A stretch of DNA of 64,000 nucleotides from Blasia pusilla (taxonomy: Eukaryota), in the NCBI GenBank assembly GCA_050084515.1, contig CM114271.1:4712001-4776000 (forward strand), read 5' to 3'. The notes beneath the pieces were generated by a model. It saw only the letters and a program-made list of their open reading frames with translations, searched no databases and was not told where the DNA came from. The translations under genes and the position numbers were made by a program. This document shows positions 1 through 12,624 of this stretch, piece by piece; positions within the stretch are counted from its first letter, which is position 1; the number at the start of each line of letters is the position of its first letter.

Positions 1-727
1 TTCTCATTATGAAAGTTGTAATTTGATGCTTGTGCAATGAACTAAAAAAAAAGGATCAAGATCAAGAAATATAACGAAAATAAATTAACATGAGATTCCA
101 AAAAAAGGATCTATTTTGAAAATATTTCCGCATTTTTTTCTTATATTTTATACAGGTGTATCTAGCAAGAAAGTCTAGAGAATATTCTTGGAGATTCTTT
201 CAAATGACGAAAAGGTTATTTTAGATTTTCTTACAAGTTCGATACTCTTAAGAGAGATTTTGGGCAGGTGTATACTTTTGAATATTTCTAAGAATGGAGA
301 ACCTAATACATATTGTGTTTCGCAGTTAGAATGTGTAGAACTTTTTAATATATGTTTTAGTCATTTACAATCATATTTTTCAAGTCTACATAGATTGATG
401 ATGTTAACCCAAACCCTAAACATTATATTTTTCTAGAAGAACAACTAGTCATGTGCAAGGAAAATGCAAGGTTAAAGAAAGAATCCTCATTACACCTCTC
501 TCCATATTAATAAAATGGAACTAAGTCATTAGAAAAGACCCAGAGAAAACCTTCAAATAAAGAAGTGTTTGTTATTAAACTTTCACCTAATAATATCTAT
601 ACAAATCTCACATGTTTAAAATAATATTAATGATTAAAGAGTTTTCTCGTAAATCGATGATGGCATGTATTAACCGCACAAAATTATGGTAACCCTAAAG
701 GTCCAATGAGCGCATAGAACCGAGGCG

Positions 728-3700
728 AGGAGTATACTTGGCCGGTTGAAAACCAGAATTTTTGACCCCGGAAATGGGAATGCAGCTGTGTTTCGTATGA
801 CATTGTCGCCTCGTTCGGAAACTGGATGTGCATGTGTTCTTGTTGCCCGTATTTCCCTGTTCACGGTGGAGACATGCCGGAAATATGTGGTTCCCGGGAC
901 GAACTGGCCGGCTTTTTCCTGGCAAGCATTTTCAGCGGGCCGGACTGTTCCCGGGGGAGATTTTGGATACCGGAAAACAAATTTTCCACCGCAACCGTTA
1001 GATGGAAGGTCCGGACACATCTCCTCCCTCCGTAGTAGGGCTATTGTTAGGGGCCTTAGGGCAAGCCCCAAGTCAAGAGTGGAGACTCGAGAGTCTCGAG
1101 TCCGGATGGGAAGTGGCATTCGGGACTCGGGGAGTGGGCTTAGTGGGGTAGCTGGGGCATTCAGGGAATCGGGGGGTTCCTAGAGGCGGGGCCTCATTTG
1201 CGAGTTTCCACATTCGCTCAAGGCCTCCTGACGCTTGCCTCACTCGTCCTCTGAGCTCCTCTCGGTTCCTTCAATTCTGTCCTTGGATTGCTTCCGCCCA
1301 CGCGCCCCACTCTCTTTGTAAGGATCTTTGACTCTCAGAGTCTTGCTGCCTTGCACTTTGCCTTCTCACTTTCGTCTAGTTCAGGCTGTTGTCCAATCCA
1401 GGCTCCACATCTGAGAGCTCCTAGGCCCTCAACTCCTCACGTTTTGGCGCCTTTTCGCTCTTATTTGTGATAGTTTGGGAACTTTGGATCTAGCGACTCT
1501 CGACTCAACGCCTTTTTGCTCGTCTTTATGACAGTTTGAGTCTCACGACTCTTGCTTGTGGTAGTGGTGCCTGGTATTTCCTGCCTCACATTTTTTCTCA
1601 CCCGTGACTCCTTTTTTCTTTTCGTGACTCTCGCTGCAGATTTATGCCTGCCTCACATCGTTTTCTTGCCCGCCTCACATCATTTTCTTGCCCGCGGACT
1701 GTCACAATTTCAATACGCCCTAGGTCTACATTGCAAAGCCGGTTAGGATCTTGGGAACGTCTCTTGTTTATGGCTTGTGCTATAGTTCCTCGTACTGTTC
1801 TTGGCTTCTAAACCCTATAGGTCGGGTGGATCATTTCCCTAAAAGGCCGCCATTGTTTGCTGGTTTTCCTTGCCTCACAGCCTTTCCTTTCGTAACAAGT
1901 TTGACTATCCGACATCTTTAGCCGACTGCTTTCTTTACTCTGTTTGCTTCCACTAGCAACCAAGATTGCATCGTGTTGATTCCTGCTCTTGCATGAGTCA
2001 TATTTGAGGTTCTTTTTGCATGAGTAGAGTTTAGGTTCTTTTTGCTGCAATTATTATCACTGTAAAGAAGCATGGGTTGCCTTTAGGCCGCAACTCGATC
2101 TCCTTTCAACCTTTTGTCTCTTGGCCGCATGTTCTTTAATTCTTTTGGGGTATTGAAGCTGTATCTATTTTGTTATGGTTTAGGGTTAGGTTCTAGATTG
2201 TGACCTGACGTAGAGAGGGGAAGGGGGGAGGGTGAGACATCTTCTTCAGATGGCCAAGAGACAGAGAACTATGAGCGAGATGTTACACAAAGATTGTAGT
2301 CAAGTATTTTCAGAAGAGTCAAGCAAATCCGGCTCATCAGATGGGCGGGAAGTAGATACAAACAATACGAGCATAGCCGATAAGAATGGACATGCATGGA
2401 AGGACATGTGGTACTCCCTCTTTGATTGGATGGAATTTCATGTAGAAAGTGGTAGGATCTTCTGCAAACAGGGAAAGGGAAAGAGCTCGTTTGCAAGGGA
2501 TGGTGCCATAAAGGTCTCGACCTTCACAGATCATGGCAAATCAAATGAGCATATGAAGCTCTCTTGGGCTGCTAACTAGGGAATAGGTCCCTCGCCAATG
2601 CCATCGCAACTACTAATCAAACTTGTGATGTAGCTTTAGTGACTTTATTTAAGTTTGCATATTTCATTGCAAGGGAAGCCTTGCCTTTTGTGAAATTCCC
2701 GAATTTGTGTAAGCTGTTGTGTTATGTGAATGCCCCATTGACCAGAGAGTTGTACCAGGATGAGAAGAGCTATGCTGATATGTGCTTTTACATCAGCCAA
2801 GTTCTTCTCGGAAGGACCCCTAGTAAAGTGCATAAGTCTCCTTTTTCGGGATTATGATGGATGAATCCACGGATATTTCTGTAACAGGGAACTTGGTTGT
2901 ATTTGTAGCGTACTTAGAAGAGGGCCAGGTTGAGAGTTCATTTCTAGGATTGATGCAATGTCTAGAGAAGTGCTCCAATGCTATTACTAGTACTCTTTTG
3001 GAGTTGATAAAGGAATCAGGGCTTGAGAGTACAAAAATGGTAGCTTTTGGCTCTGAAGAAGCCTCAAATATGGTAGGAAGTCAGAATAGGGCAGCGTCTT
3101 AGCTGAAGCAGAAGGTAAACCCCTTTATGCTCTCTGTGCATTGTGTAGCACATAGGACCAATTTGGCTGCTTTGACAACAGCCAAAACACCAACTTGCAA
3201 GGAGACATCAACACATATAGACTCCATATTGAATGCTGTAGCTGGATACTTCAGGAGATCTTCCAAGAGGAAGTGTGCTCTTGCAACATTGCAAGAGAAA
3301 TTCAATGACTCCCAGAGGATTATGAAAAGGTATCATAAAATTTGTTGGTTGTCACGTTGGCAAGCAGTTACTACATTGTGTGATTCGTTGGAATCTATTC
3401 TTAGGTATTTCTGGGATATTTGGCCTTCCGAGGATGATGGTAACGCAAGTAATTTATACAACAGGTTGAGATCATTTCAAATGATCTACCAATTGTATTT
3501 TCTGGCTGATATTTTGTCAATTATTGAAAACTTGAGCAAAGTTTTTCAATACACATTTGTAGATTTAAGTACTAATGGCAACATAGTGAATTCTGAAATT
3601 TCTTCCATTACAATGAATTTTGTCATGGAAAACCATGACTTAAATGCTTCTACTTTCTCAGAAGATACAGGGTACCATATTTTTCCTGATTTTGGTCACC

Positions 3701-4913
3701 CAAGAGGATATTTGAAGCGCATGCAATCTGAGACAAGAGGTAGGAAGTTCTATAGAATAGAGATCGCATGGGAAAGTACTTGGAATCTGCTTACTTTTCA
3801 GTATAAGTTTTCAAAGAGTGTATGTGCAGGTTTATATGACCGATTTAAAGATAATAATTTGATTGGTGCAATGAGGGTATTGAATCCTCTGCACATGCCT
3901 TCAAGGCAAGTAGGACTGAATAGTTAGGGATGTAAGGAGGTAGATGAGTTGTGTACAAATTTTGGAGTGGCACTACCATTGAGGGGTCATTTGCAGCCTG
4001 CTCTTATAAACCCTTATGAGCAGTGAAACAGGAATTTCAGTCATTCAAGCTCATGTCCACAACTGAGTGGAAAGACCGAAACTTTCGAGACTTGTGGGCT
4101 ATGATAAGTTGGAGTCCATCTCTACAATGTAATTTCTATCACCTACTTGTGTTAGCTAATATTGCTAGAGTACAATGTGTGAGTACACTTATTTGTGAGA
4201 GAGCTTTCTCTATTCAGAATACTATTAAGAAAAAAAGTCTTAATAGATTGATGATAAAACATTTGGATTCCGTCCTTAGGATTTCTTTAGAGGGGCTAGT
4301 ATTTGATTATGAGGATCTCTTGGTTGAATCAGTAGTACTTTGGACAAATTTTGCAAACTTTAGATATGTATGTTCCAACCCTGAGAAGTATATTGTTGAT
4401 CCACCAATAGAAGCAACAAATGAGGTTCAGAATGCTGCAAGTCCATCTATTCTAGAGATGTAAGATAGTGGTGGAAGAGGGAGTGGAGGAGGGAGGATGG
4501 AGTGGAGTTTGGGAGGGGGGGGGTAAACCATTTTGTAATACCTTGGAGCTTTTCATGGAGTTTAAAGTATTATGGAGGGTAAGATCCTTGGCTCCCAACT
4601 GGTGGGAGGCTTGGCCAAGTTCAAATCCTGCCAAGGATATGTTTGAGTGAAAGGATCATAGGGACAACTTCGCAAAGAAATTCACAATAAGGAATGATGT
4701 TTTAATTGCATATAATCCTTGGTCCCCAAAGGGTGGGAGGTTTGGCCAAGGATGTGAAAAGAATTTCCAAGTCATGCAAATGTGAGTGGAAAATGGAGAG
4801 AACAAGGGAGTGCAAGAGTAGTGCAGTGGAAAAACTTTAAAGAAAATTACCGGGACAATTTTGAAATTGGCCGCCTGCAAATCCGATTATAAAAATTTCA
4901 GAAGTATACCCCT
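728..4913 (+). mobile_element. hAT-superfamily DNA transposon, decayed; ends tentative
   Basis: Encloses the transposase pseudogene. Candidate 12-bp TIR aggagtatactt (728-739) vs reverse complement of aagtatacccct (4902-4913), 1 mismatch. CCGG-rich subterminal motifs at 760-1010. No 8-bp TSD seen, so the boundaries are uncertain. Confidence 0.5.
2259..4463 (+). pseudogene. hAT transposase (ZNF862/DUF4371-like), interrupted by stops and frameshifts
   Basis: Consecutive ORFs 2232-2579, 2639-2857, 2854-3102, 3127-3927 and 4023-4463 carry hAT motifs MMDESTD, HCVAHRTNLA, WLSR and the C-terminal dimerisation motif VSTLICERAFSIQNTIKKKSLNRL. Confidence 0.9.
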
Positions 4914-7805
4914 TAAAAAATAATTTATCTCAGTAAATAGCTACCTTAACTTTTCTTAATCTCCTCCTACCGAAATCTGCGGATTGCCGGGGAAAAACTG
5001 CCCGGACCTTGGTCCGGTCCCGAAGGCGGTGGACTAGAACTCCTTGGAAGGCCGTTGCGACTTGACTTGGAAAGTAGGCGGTCGTCTGCCGAAGGACGCT
5101 CGCTACCACGAGTGTTGTTAGAGCTAAGTACGTGTCTTTATTAGGGTTGTTAATGACGTGTGGATGGCGAGAGAGACTGCTTCTTCTTTCTTTTCTTTGC
5201 GCTTCTTTACAGTACTTAGTACTTACTTACCAAACACGACACAAGGCACCGAACTGCAGTCGTACCGTGAAAATGACGTCCGCTTCAAGTTACGGAGGAC
5301 AACCGAAAACGTTAAAACGCGTTTGCGAATCATCATGAGCAACTAATCACTGTTGTCGATACCACGTGGACACTGCTGCGGCAAGCAGGAGTTTCAACGT
5401 ATGACTGTAGGAATATCCTCCGAGACTTTCGGTGTTAAGGATTTTAAGGGTCGGGGGGGGGAGGGTACTGTGCGGGAGAGGTAGTCGTCTTTGGTGTATC
5501 TAAGCGGCTCTCATAAAAAGGGATTATGAGGAGGTTTACATAAAGAATTATTTTTATTTACCAATAAATAAGCGTCGGAAAGGTATCTCAATTCTATGAA
5601 CACTGACTTATCTTGCCTACTTTTATGCTTGCTTTTGGGTTTATTAATATTTTGCTTTTAATGCAGCTGCAATATTTGATTACGGGTTACGATTTATTAG
5701 CCCTCATAGGAAACGCATAATCCTTCCCACAATGTTTGCCTGGGAGATGGAATTAAGGCCCTTAAGTAGATCTCAAGTTTGAAGTTTAGAATGATTGGAG
5801 CAGAGCACATGGGGAAACTTTAAAATTTCCCTTAATTAGTAGATAATAAATAATCAAGGGAGTAAAATTTATTGTTCGGGATGCTCTAAAAAGGTTTTTA
5901 ATATCTGCGCGGTAATAAATATGTTTCTTAGTAGCACCTTACCTTTTTTTATATATTAACTAATTTCTCGAGCAGAAATTTGTTAGTGATTCACTTTTAA
6001 ATGATCTTTTAAATCCAAGAAGTCATAGCATGAACCTTAAAGTAGCATTAATTGAGTAAAAGAAAATTTGTGTTTCTCTTATCTACATTAGAGAAAAACA
6101 TAATCCCATAACACCTCATAGACTCAAGAATTAAAAAGATAAGACAAACAAGTCGGTGAATTTTTAAAATGTGAGTAGATTCCTATTACCAAAATTTATT
6201 TTTTAAATAAAATAAATATAATTATAGACCCCATCATGAAAAGTGAATTCAAATGTTTTAATATAATTAATAGAATTATAGACCTCGTCATAAAAAGTGA
6301 ACTCAAGCCTTTGTTAAGGATGAAGAATAGTTCGCATTTGTACTGTCTATGTCGCTTTTTGGCCGGTTGTGGTTTTGGGATACTTGACTTTTTTAATTCC
6401 CCTCTTTTGTTTTCTCTTCTGGATTTTCTATCATATACATTTATTGAAGTCCGTCATTTCTTATTTTTTTAGAGGACTAGGGTCGGCGGAGCGATTCTTT
6501 GGAACCCTATATTTGAGTGTACTTCCGATGGGTTTTCCATCACTCGTTTTTTTCGAAGTGCATCTTTGTTTATCACTCCTCTTGTGTTTCATGGCCACGA
6601 AAAACCCTTCCACATTTTGATTATGACTAAACGAAATTACAACGTCATAACTCTTACAAACATACGTATTGATACGAAAGACGCACGTCTCTCCTACACA
6701 TAAAACGACCAAACATTGTTGCAGTTTGTTCATTCTCCTCTAATCTCGGATTTCGTAGCAAAATGAATATATTCACAGATAATCTCCTAAGAAATATTGA
6801 CGACAAAATGCGCTCCAGGTGAAGACTGTACATATTATTATTTCTGGCACTCATAAAATACACTAACCTTTGCTAATCTATCCAACAACCCTAAATACTA
6901 GCAAAGCTCGAAGCGAACGTATAACGTATGTGTGTGGAGGCAGCCCCTTTATTTTCTTTATCCAAAGTAGAGAAGAAGAGTAGCGAGTTCCCGTATATTC
7001 AGCAGTTACTGGGACTAGAAATAAATGAAAGCGTCGAATCCGATGAGCACTCGGAGTTACTCACTAGAGGACCTCACGACCGCTTTTACGCGAAATGGGC
7101 AGGTGACCTAAATAATCATAACACTTTTGGGCTCAATTATATATGGCGTTATTTGGCTCTCCCATATTACTATTAAGACCGTGCACGAAAAGTAGAAGCA
7201 TCTTCTAAGGGTTCGTGGAATATGTCATATATAGGAGTTTCATTTGATTTATCGTTTATGAGGAAATATAATGATTTTTTTATATTTGTAGATATGATAT
7301 TCTTTTTATTTTATTATAACTTCATTATATCAAAAGTTCCAGTTTATGATATTTCATGCATTTTATGACATATGCTATGCTATTGTAAACTGAATGAAAA
7401 ATGTTTCTCATTGGATTGAATTTTTTCTCTCAAGGTTTTTAATGTCATGAAATTCCTACTTGAAATTACTTTAACTTTGCGATTGGAAGTGCAATATCAA
7501 CTTTTAACATTTTCATATTCTTTATGTATCAATTCAGTGTAAGTCGCCTTGTATAACTATTGCTAATACTAAATTGTGCACGTGCGTCGCTTGGGGCTAG
7601 ATGAAACATTCCAAATCTCGAGAGAGGAGGACTCGTCTCTTTTCATACCTTCCCTCTCGAAAAGATGCGTTTTTATTCCTTCCTTATTCACTTATTTCTC
7701 CTCATCACACATCCACAAAACTTATTCTTAGTCTCTACACTTTTCTTACCTCTACTCTCTAAATCTCTAAGGGAATGGAAAAATCCTTCCTCTTCCCCTC
7801 CCTCC

Positions 7806-7837
7806 CTCTCTCATTTCCTTATGAAAGTCTAAGGACC

Positions 7838-7888
<51 letters not shown>

Positions 7889-7911
7889 CCTTATGAAAGT
7901 CTAAGGACCAA
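7806..7911. repeat. (CT)n microsatellite inside a short tandem duplication
   Basis: ctctctcatttccttatgaaagtctaaggaccaa occurs at 7806-7839 and again ending at 7911. The CT run of the second unit is expanded (7840-7884). Confidence 0.95.
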
Positions 7912-10900
7912 GAAGGTCCTTAGACTTAAACATTTTGCTCTCCTTTGTAATAAGTGGGGATTGATGGGCCCTCCCACAATCCCATAGCATTTGTATGTAG
8001 CTATCCTTCCCCATAAAGCATAGCATCTGTTTGTCTATTTCTTATTCAAGACTAAACACATGAAAATCCCTCCCTAGTTGAAACTTAATCCCTTCTTCCC
8101 TTCTCTCTCCTTTTTCAAGATCCCCTATCTCTCTTTCCCTTTCGTATTGAAGAACTCACACTTCCAAAATAAGCTTTCTTTGAAATCTTTCCTTTTTCAA
8201 ATTTATCATTTTTTATTCTTCTTTAAAAGTGTAACATTATCTCTATTCCAAAATTATTATTTTGGTTACCACTTAACATGTGTCAAATGGTAAGAAAACT
8301 AATGAGAGTTTGTGATTGAATTTATATCATTATTTCATATTAAGGGAAATAAATTTTATCACATGTTTATCTTGAAATGAGATAAACATAAGTCTCCTTT
8401 GTAAAAGAAATATCATTTCAGTTTATGGTCCCTAAATCTTATTATTCTCAAGTTTATTTCCCGTAATATGAAAGAAAAATGTTAATAATATTTTTTAATA
8501 AAAATAAAGAGAAATTTTACATCCCAATTTTTTTCATATTTAAAAAATATACCATGACTTAATTTTGGTATAAAAAAAAGGACATGTGACATTCATGTTG
8601 TTTTCTACATTCAATTATTCTATCAAAAAATATTTGAGGGAGAAAGTTCTTTAATTTTCATTAAATTTATTCTAGTGAAAATTTGATTAAGACTTCATCG
8701 ATTAGAAAGGTTTCATTTTCTTTTAAGAAGGTATTAATGATTAAAATTATATGAATCAATTTGAAAATGAGAAATCCTAAAATCTACAGAGCAAACAAAT
8801 TGAAGGCATAAGTGAAAGGATCTTAAATTAACCAATTTGAAAACATATAGTCTGATTTCATAACATAGATGCTATCTATTTTATTAATGAAAGGTGAATT
8901 TTTGGCAGGATTTGCTCATTCTATGAAACATGTCATATTACAAGGTCAATGATCTATAAATAATTTTTCATAAATAGAATCAAAGTATATATGCTTTTAT
9001 AGATTGGTGCATGTATAACTAGAAGACATATAAGATTTTATGAGGGGATTTAAGAAAATAAGGGAGGATTTTTCCTTGTAAAACTAAGCGGGATAATGTG
9101 CTATAGTAGGATAAAGTAGGGATATTAATATGATTTTTCAACACAAAGGATTGGGAGGGGTTGGGATATCGAGTATCTTAGTTTAACTAAGAAACTATTT
9201 AAACATTAATACAGGGAGTAATGGAGGGAAGGAAAAAAATTGTTTGAAGTAAAAGAAGATGAAGGGAATGTATCACAAATAGCTAAGTTAGCCAAGTATG
9301 CTGGCATCCAGAAGACGAGTCTTGATTGTAAGTCAAACGAGGATGAATTGTAGTGAGAAACACCAAGTTAGATCCTAGACTAGGTTGTCACAAGATTAGG
9401 AGAAGGCGAGAATTTTTTGGCAATTTGAATGATGATACATGAGACTTAGTCAAGACGTACATCCGATCCATGAGTGAATTCTCAACAACAAAAGGATAGA
9501 CATACTAATATAGCAAATAAAGTAAGGTTTAAGACACGAAATTAGTCATTGGTTCAACGCAAGAGGCCAAATGGACAGAGACTAAGTTGTGGGGCTCCGA
9601 CCACTTAATATAGGCATGCACCTCGAGATAAGTCTTATGAGAATAGGGTAGAACTTTCACGAGAACTACGGAATAAAAAAGGTGGGAAATCTTTTTGAGG
9701 AACATTTCTAGTAGAAGGCGATTTCTTTGGGTGTTAGGAGTAGTCAAGATTGATGACAATGCCATACGAAACACAAGTGGCATTAAGGCAAAGGGTGGAG
9801 AAACTCAATGTGCCATCTTTGAGGTGATAAAGGACCAACCCAAATGGAGGGAATCCAATGGGCCATGAAAGGCACATTGGGTCTTATATTAAAGACTCTA
9901 TGATGTTGCAAAAAAAAGCACCAAATAGTCCATGGCTTAGTAGGTGATTTTATAGAAGATAACAACCATGGCTAAGGATAGCGACAAGCCTAAGAAGGCT
10001 AAAAGAAAAGCCACCAAATTTTAGCTTTCCTAGTATGTAGGAATTTTGAGGTATCTTGGGGTCTTATAGTGTCTTATATCCCATAAAGGTATGTTGTAGA
10101 ATGTAAGAATACTCGTAGAAGGGATGGACTAGGAGGAGACCTTTAGAGATGAAATGTCGATCGGCAGAGTAGATATGACTCATACACTTTACACTTTGAC
10201 TGATAAATTAAACTCAAGGATTCTATACGTAAGCTATGCGACCAATAAGACTTCAACATCCAATTTCAATTTCAATATGTTTGCTAAAGCTCATTAATGT
10301 CACCAAAGAGTTGCACCATTGTGATCTTCAATGAGACCCAATGTACAATCTTTGAGCACTTAAAGCACTACCAATAAGACTATATGGACAATATTGTAGC
10401 TGAAATTTTCTTGTTATCAAGGTATGAGTTTATGAATAGGAAGATGGATTATTCATTCATAGGGGCCACCTAGATATTGAGGCCCTTAATCAATGAGTGA
10501 CAAAGGTAGAGCAAGTGCTTGGGACTTAACCATGTTCCTAAAACTATGGGGAGAGTAGAGACCTCTATAAATATAGAAGCATACGCACTCACATGGGTGA
10601 TCGTAGATCTTGAAGGATCAAAACAGAATAGATTTAAAGTTGGGAATGAATACCCTAAGCATTGGTAATTTTCCGATAGATGTAGTTACAAAGTTCCATT
10701 ACGATGTTCATCATTGAAGGATCCATTAGTGATGATTTCTGATATGTTTGATGTCAATGAAGATTTCAACTCGATGGAGTTAATGGCAACCAATTTGAAA
10801 GAAAATCTAAGGAAGAATAGTACTATGATGACAACTAACTTTGGGAAGATGAATGACATCAATAATATGATGACTCAACTTGTGTTTGGAGATCCTAGCC

Positions 10901-12624
10901 TTAGAAAGCAAGGCAAGATAGTTCTAGATCGAAGCACTATTGGGTGGAGTGAACAAGAGGACACCCAAAGAGAAAAAGCCTTATGAAAGATGTAAGTCGA
11001 AAAGACTTAAACCCTAACTTGTGCCAAAGTCCAAGCAAGGGGAAAAATCAAGTGAACCAACCACCAAATGGTATTATGTGTGTCGTGACTCCAATCACTT
11101 CAAGGGGGAGTGCTTTAAGGGAAAATTTTATAGTATACAATTTACGAAAACTATATTTAACATTTGTGTTCTATGAAGAAATCATCATGTATTTGATAAA
11201 CCAAGAAGAACATAAAGTTCTCCTCAAGAAAATATTGGGAACTTGTTCGCCAAACCTTCCAAATGTCAATCACGCTACAAGATATGGAAATTTTGGGTTA
11301 TGCCTTGAAAAGGGGTTTGATCACTCTTTAATAAGTTGGAAAAATTTAGAGAAAATTTAAAGGAGATATATGTGATGTTCCACTATCTTAAGAAGCTATC
11401 TTACGGTGATTGATTTTTTTTGAATATTCAACGTAACCCTGTTCTCCCCATAAGTTGACCCGGACTTGCATGAGCTAGTTATGAATAACCTTAATATCTA
11501 AGACACTTAAGATATTAAGGTTACTAAGATTACTAAATGCCGAAACTGTCCCGAGAATCATCCGGGAAGATCTGGGCATTATGTGACACGCCTCCGTTGT
11601 ACGTCCGTATGGACATGTACCGTAAGATCATGTTCTTACGGTACAAGACGGACCGAGCCGGTTATGTGAGTGCTCCAACATCCCGGAGTACCGGCTGTAG
11701 CGGGTAACATACGAGAGTGGGATCCGTTTGTCTGTGACGTCCAACAACGCGAATCTAGCCCGAGTGAAGCGACACGTGTCGAGGGAGAGAGAGAGGGGCC
11801 TGCGTGGGACAGCATGGCGAAAGAGAGATGGGAAAGAATCCACGGTGGCGACGAAGCGCTTTGGAGAACTGCATTAGTCACTGTACGGCGAAACATCACC
11901 TTGTACGAGAGCATGCGGATAAGAACATTACTCGTCTTCGTTGAGTTCGACCGCAACAAACTGCACGCTCCAACTGGAAGCTCTGCTAAACGCAATCTCA
12001 GGTGGGCCCCATGTTCTCCAAAGTTGGACATTTCAGCGTTGAGCTCGAAGAATTGCAGAAGTGGGGCCTACCGGCCTTGACGACTTTTGTCAACGGATCC
12101 ACTTGGAACATGGTCGGGGGACTCCAACCTTGTGGTCAGAGCCCCGGCTAGGTTCGGAACAAAGGAAGGAACGAATGCGAAGCTTTTGGTTCGTCGGCGG
12201 AGTTACGCCTTCCCGAACCTACCTACACCCACTCGCTCACTGTCTGCCACTCCCGAAAGGTTCCGTCTTTCGCCCGATTCACGTGACTCGAAAATATCGC
12301 CGATCTCCGTACCGCATCCACAGAATGGATTATTGCCGGACGTATTTCGGAGTTAATGATGTTATTAAAATACTAATAAATTTTTGGGATTGATTGGGAA
12401 TGAAAAGACAATATGAATCGAATGGACACACGTTAAATAACGTTTAATCTTAAAAAGTATGACAAAAAATAAGGAAGATAAAGAAAATTTTATAATATAT
12501 TTCATTTGGATCAAGAGAAAATTTCCTATATTTTCTTTTATTAATTGTGGAAAAATAATAATTTCTTGTTTTTCCAAGCATCATCCTTCAATAAGTAAAA
12601 GAAAGTCATTTATTTTGATGAATA

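Noticed and set aside
5130-7200. Short ORFs that could be exons or TE coding remnants
   Set aside because: No recognisable motif or consistent splice chain.
9250-11360. Possible ancient LINE remnant (KAP..HGLVGDF-like trace near 9915) or copia-like trace on the minus strand
   Set aside because: Too degraded; only single weak motifs that need frameshifts.
11486-11523. 14-bp AT-rich palindrome
   Set aside because: Isolated and low complexity, with no associated element.
11540-12390. GC-richer block with overlapping ORFs on both strands
   Set aside because: No family recognised; needs BLASTX.
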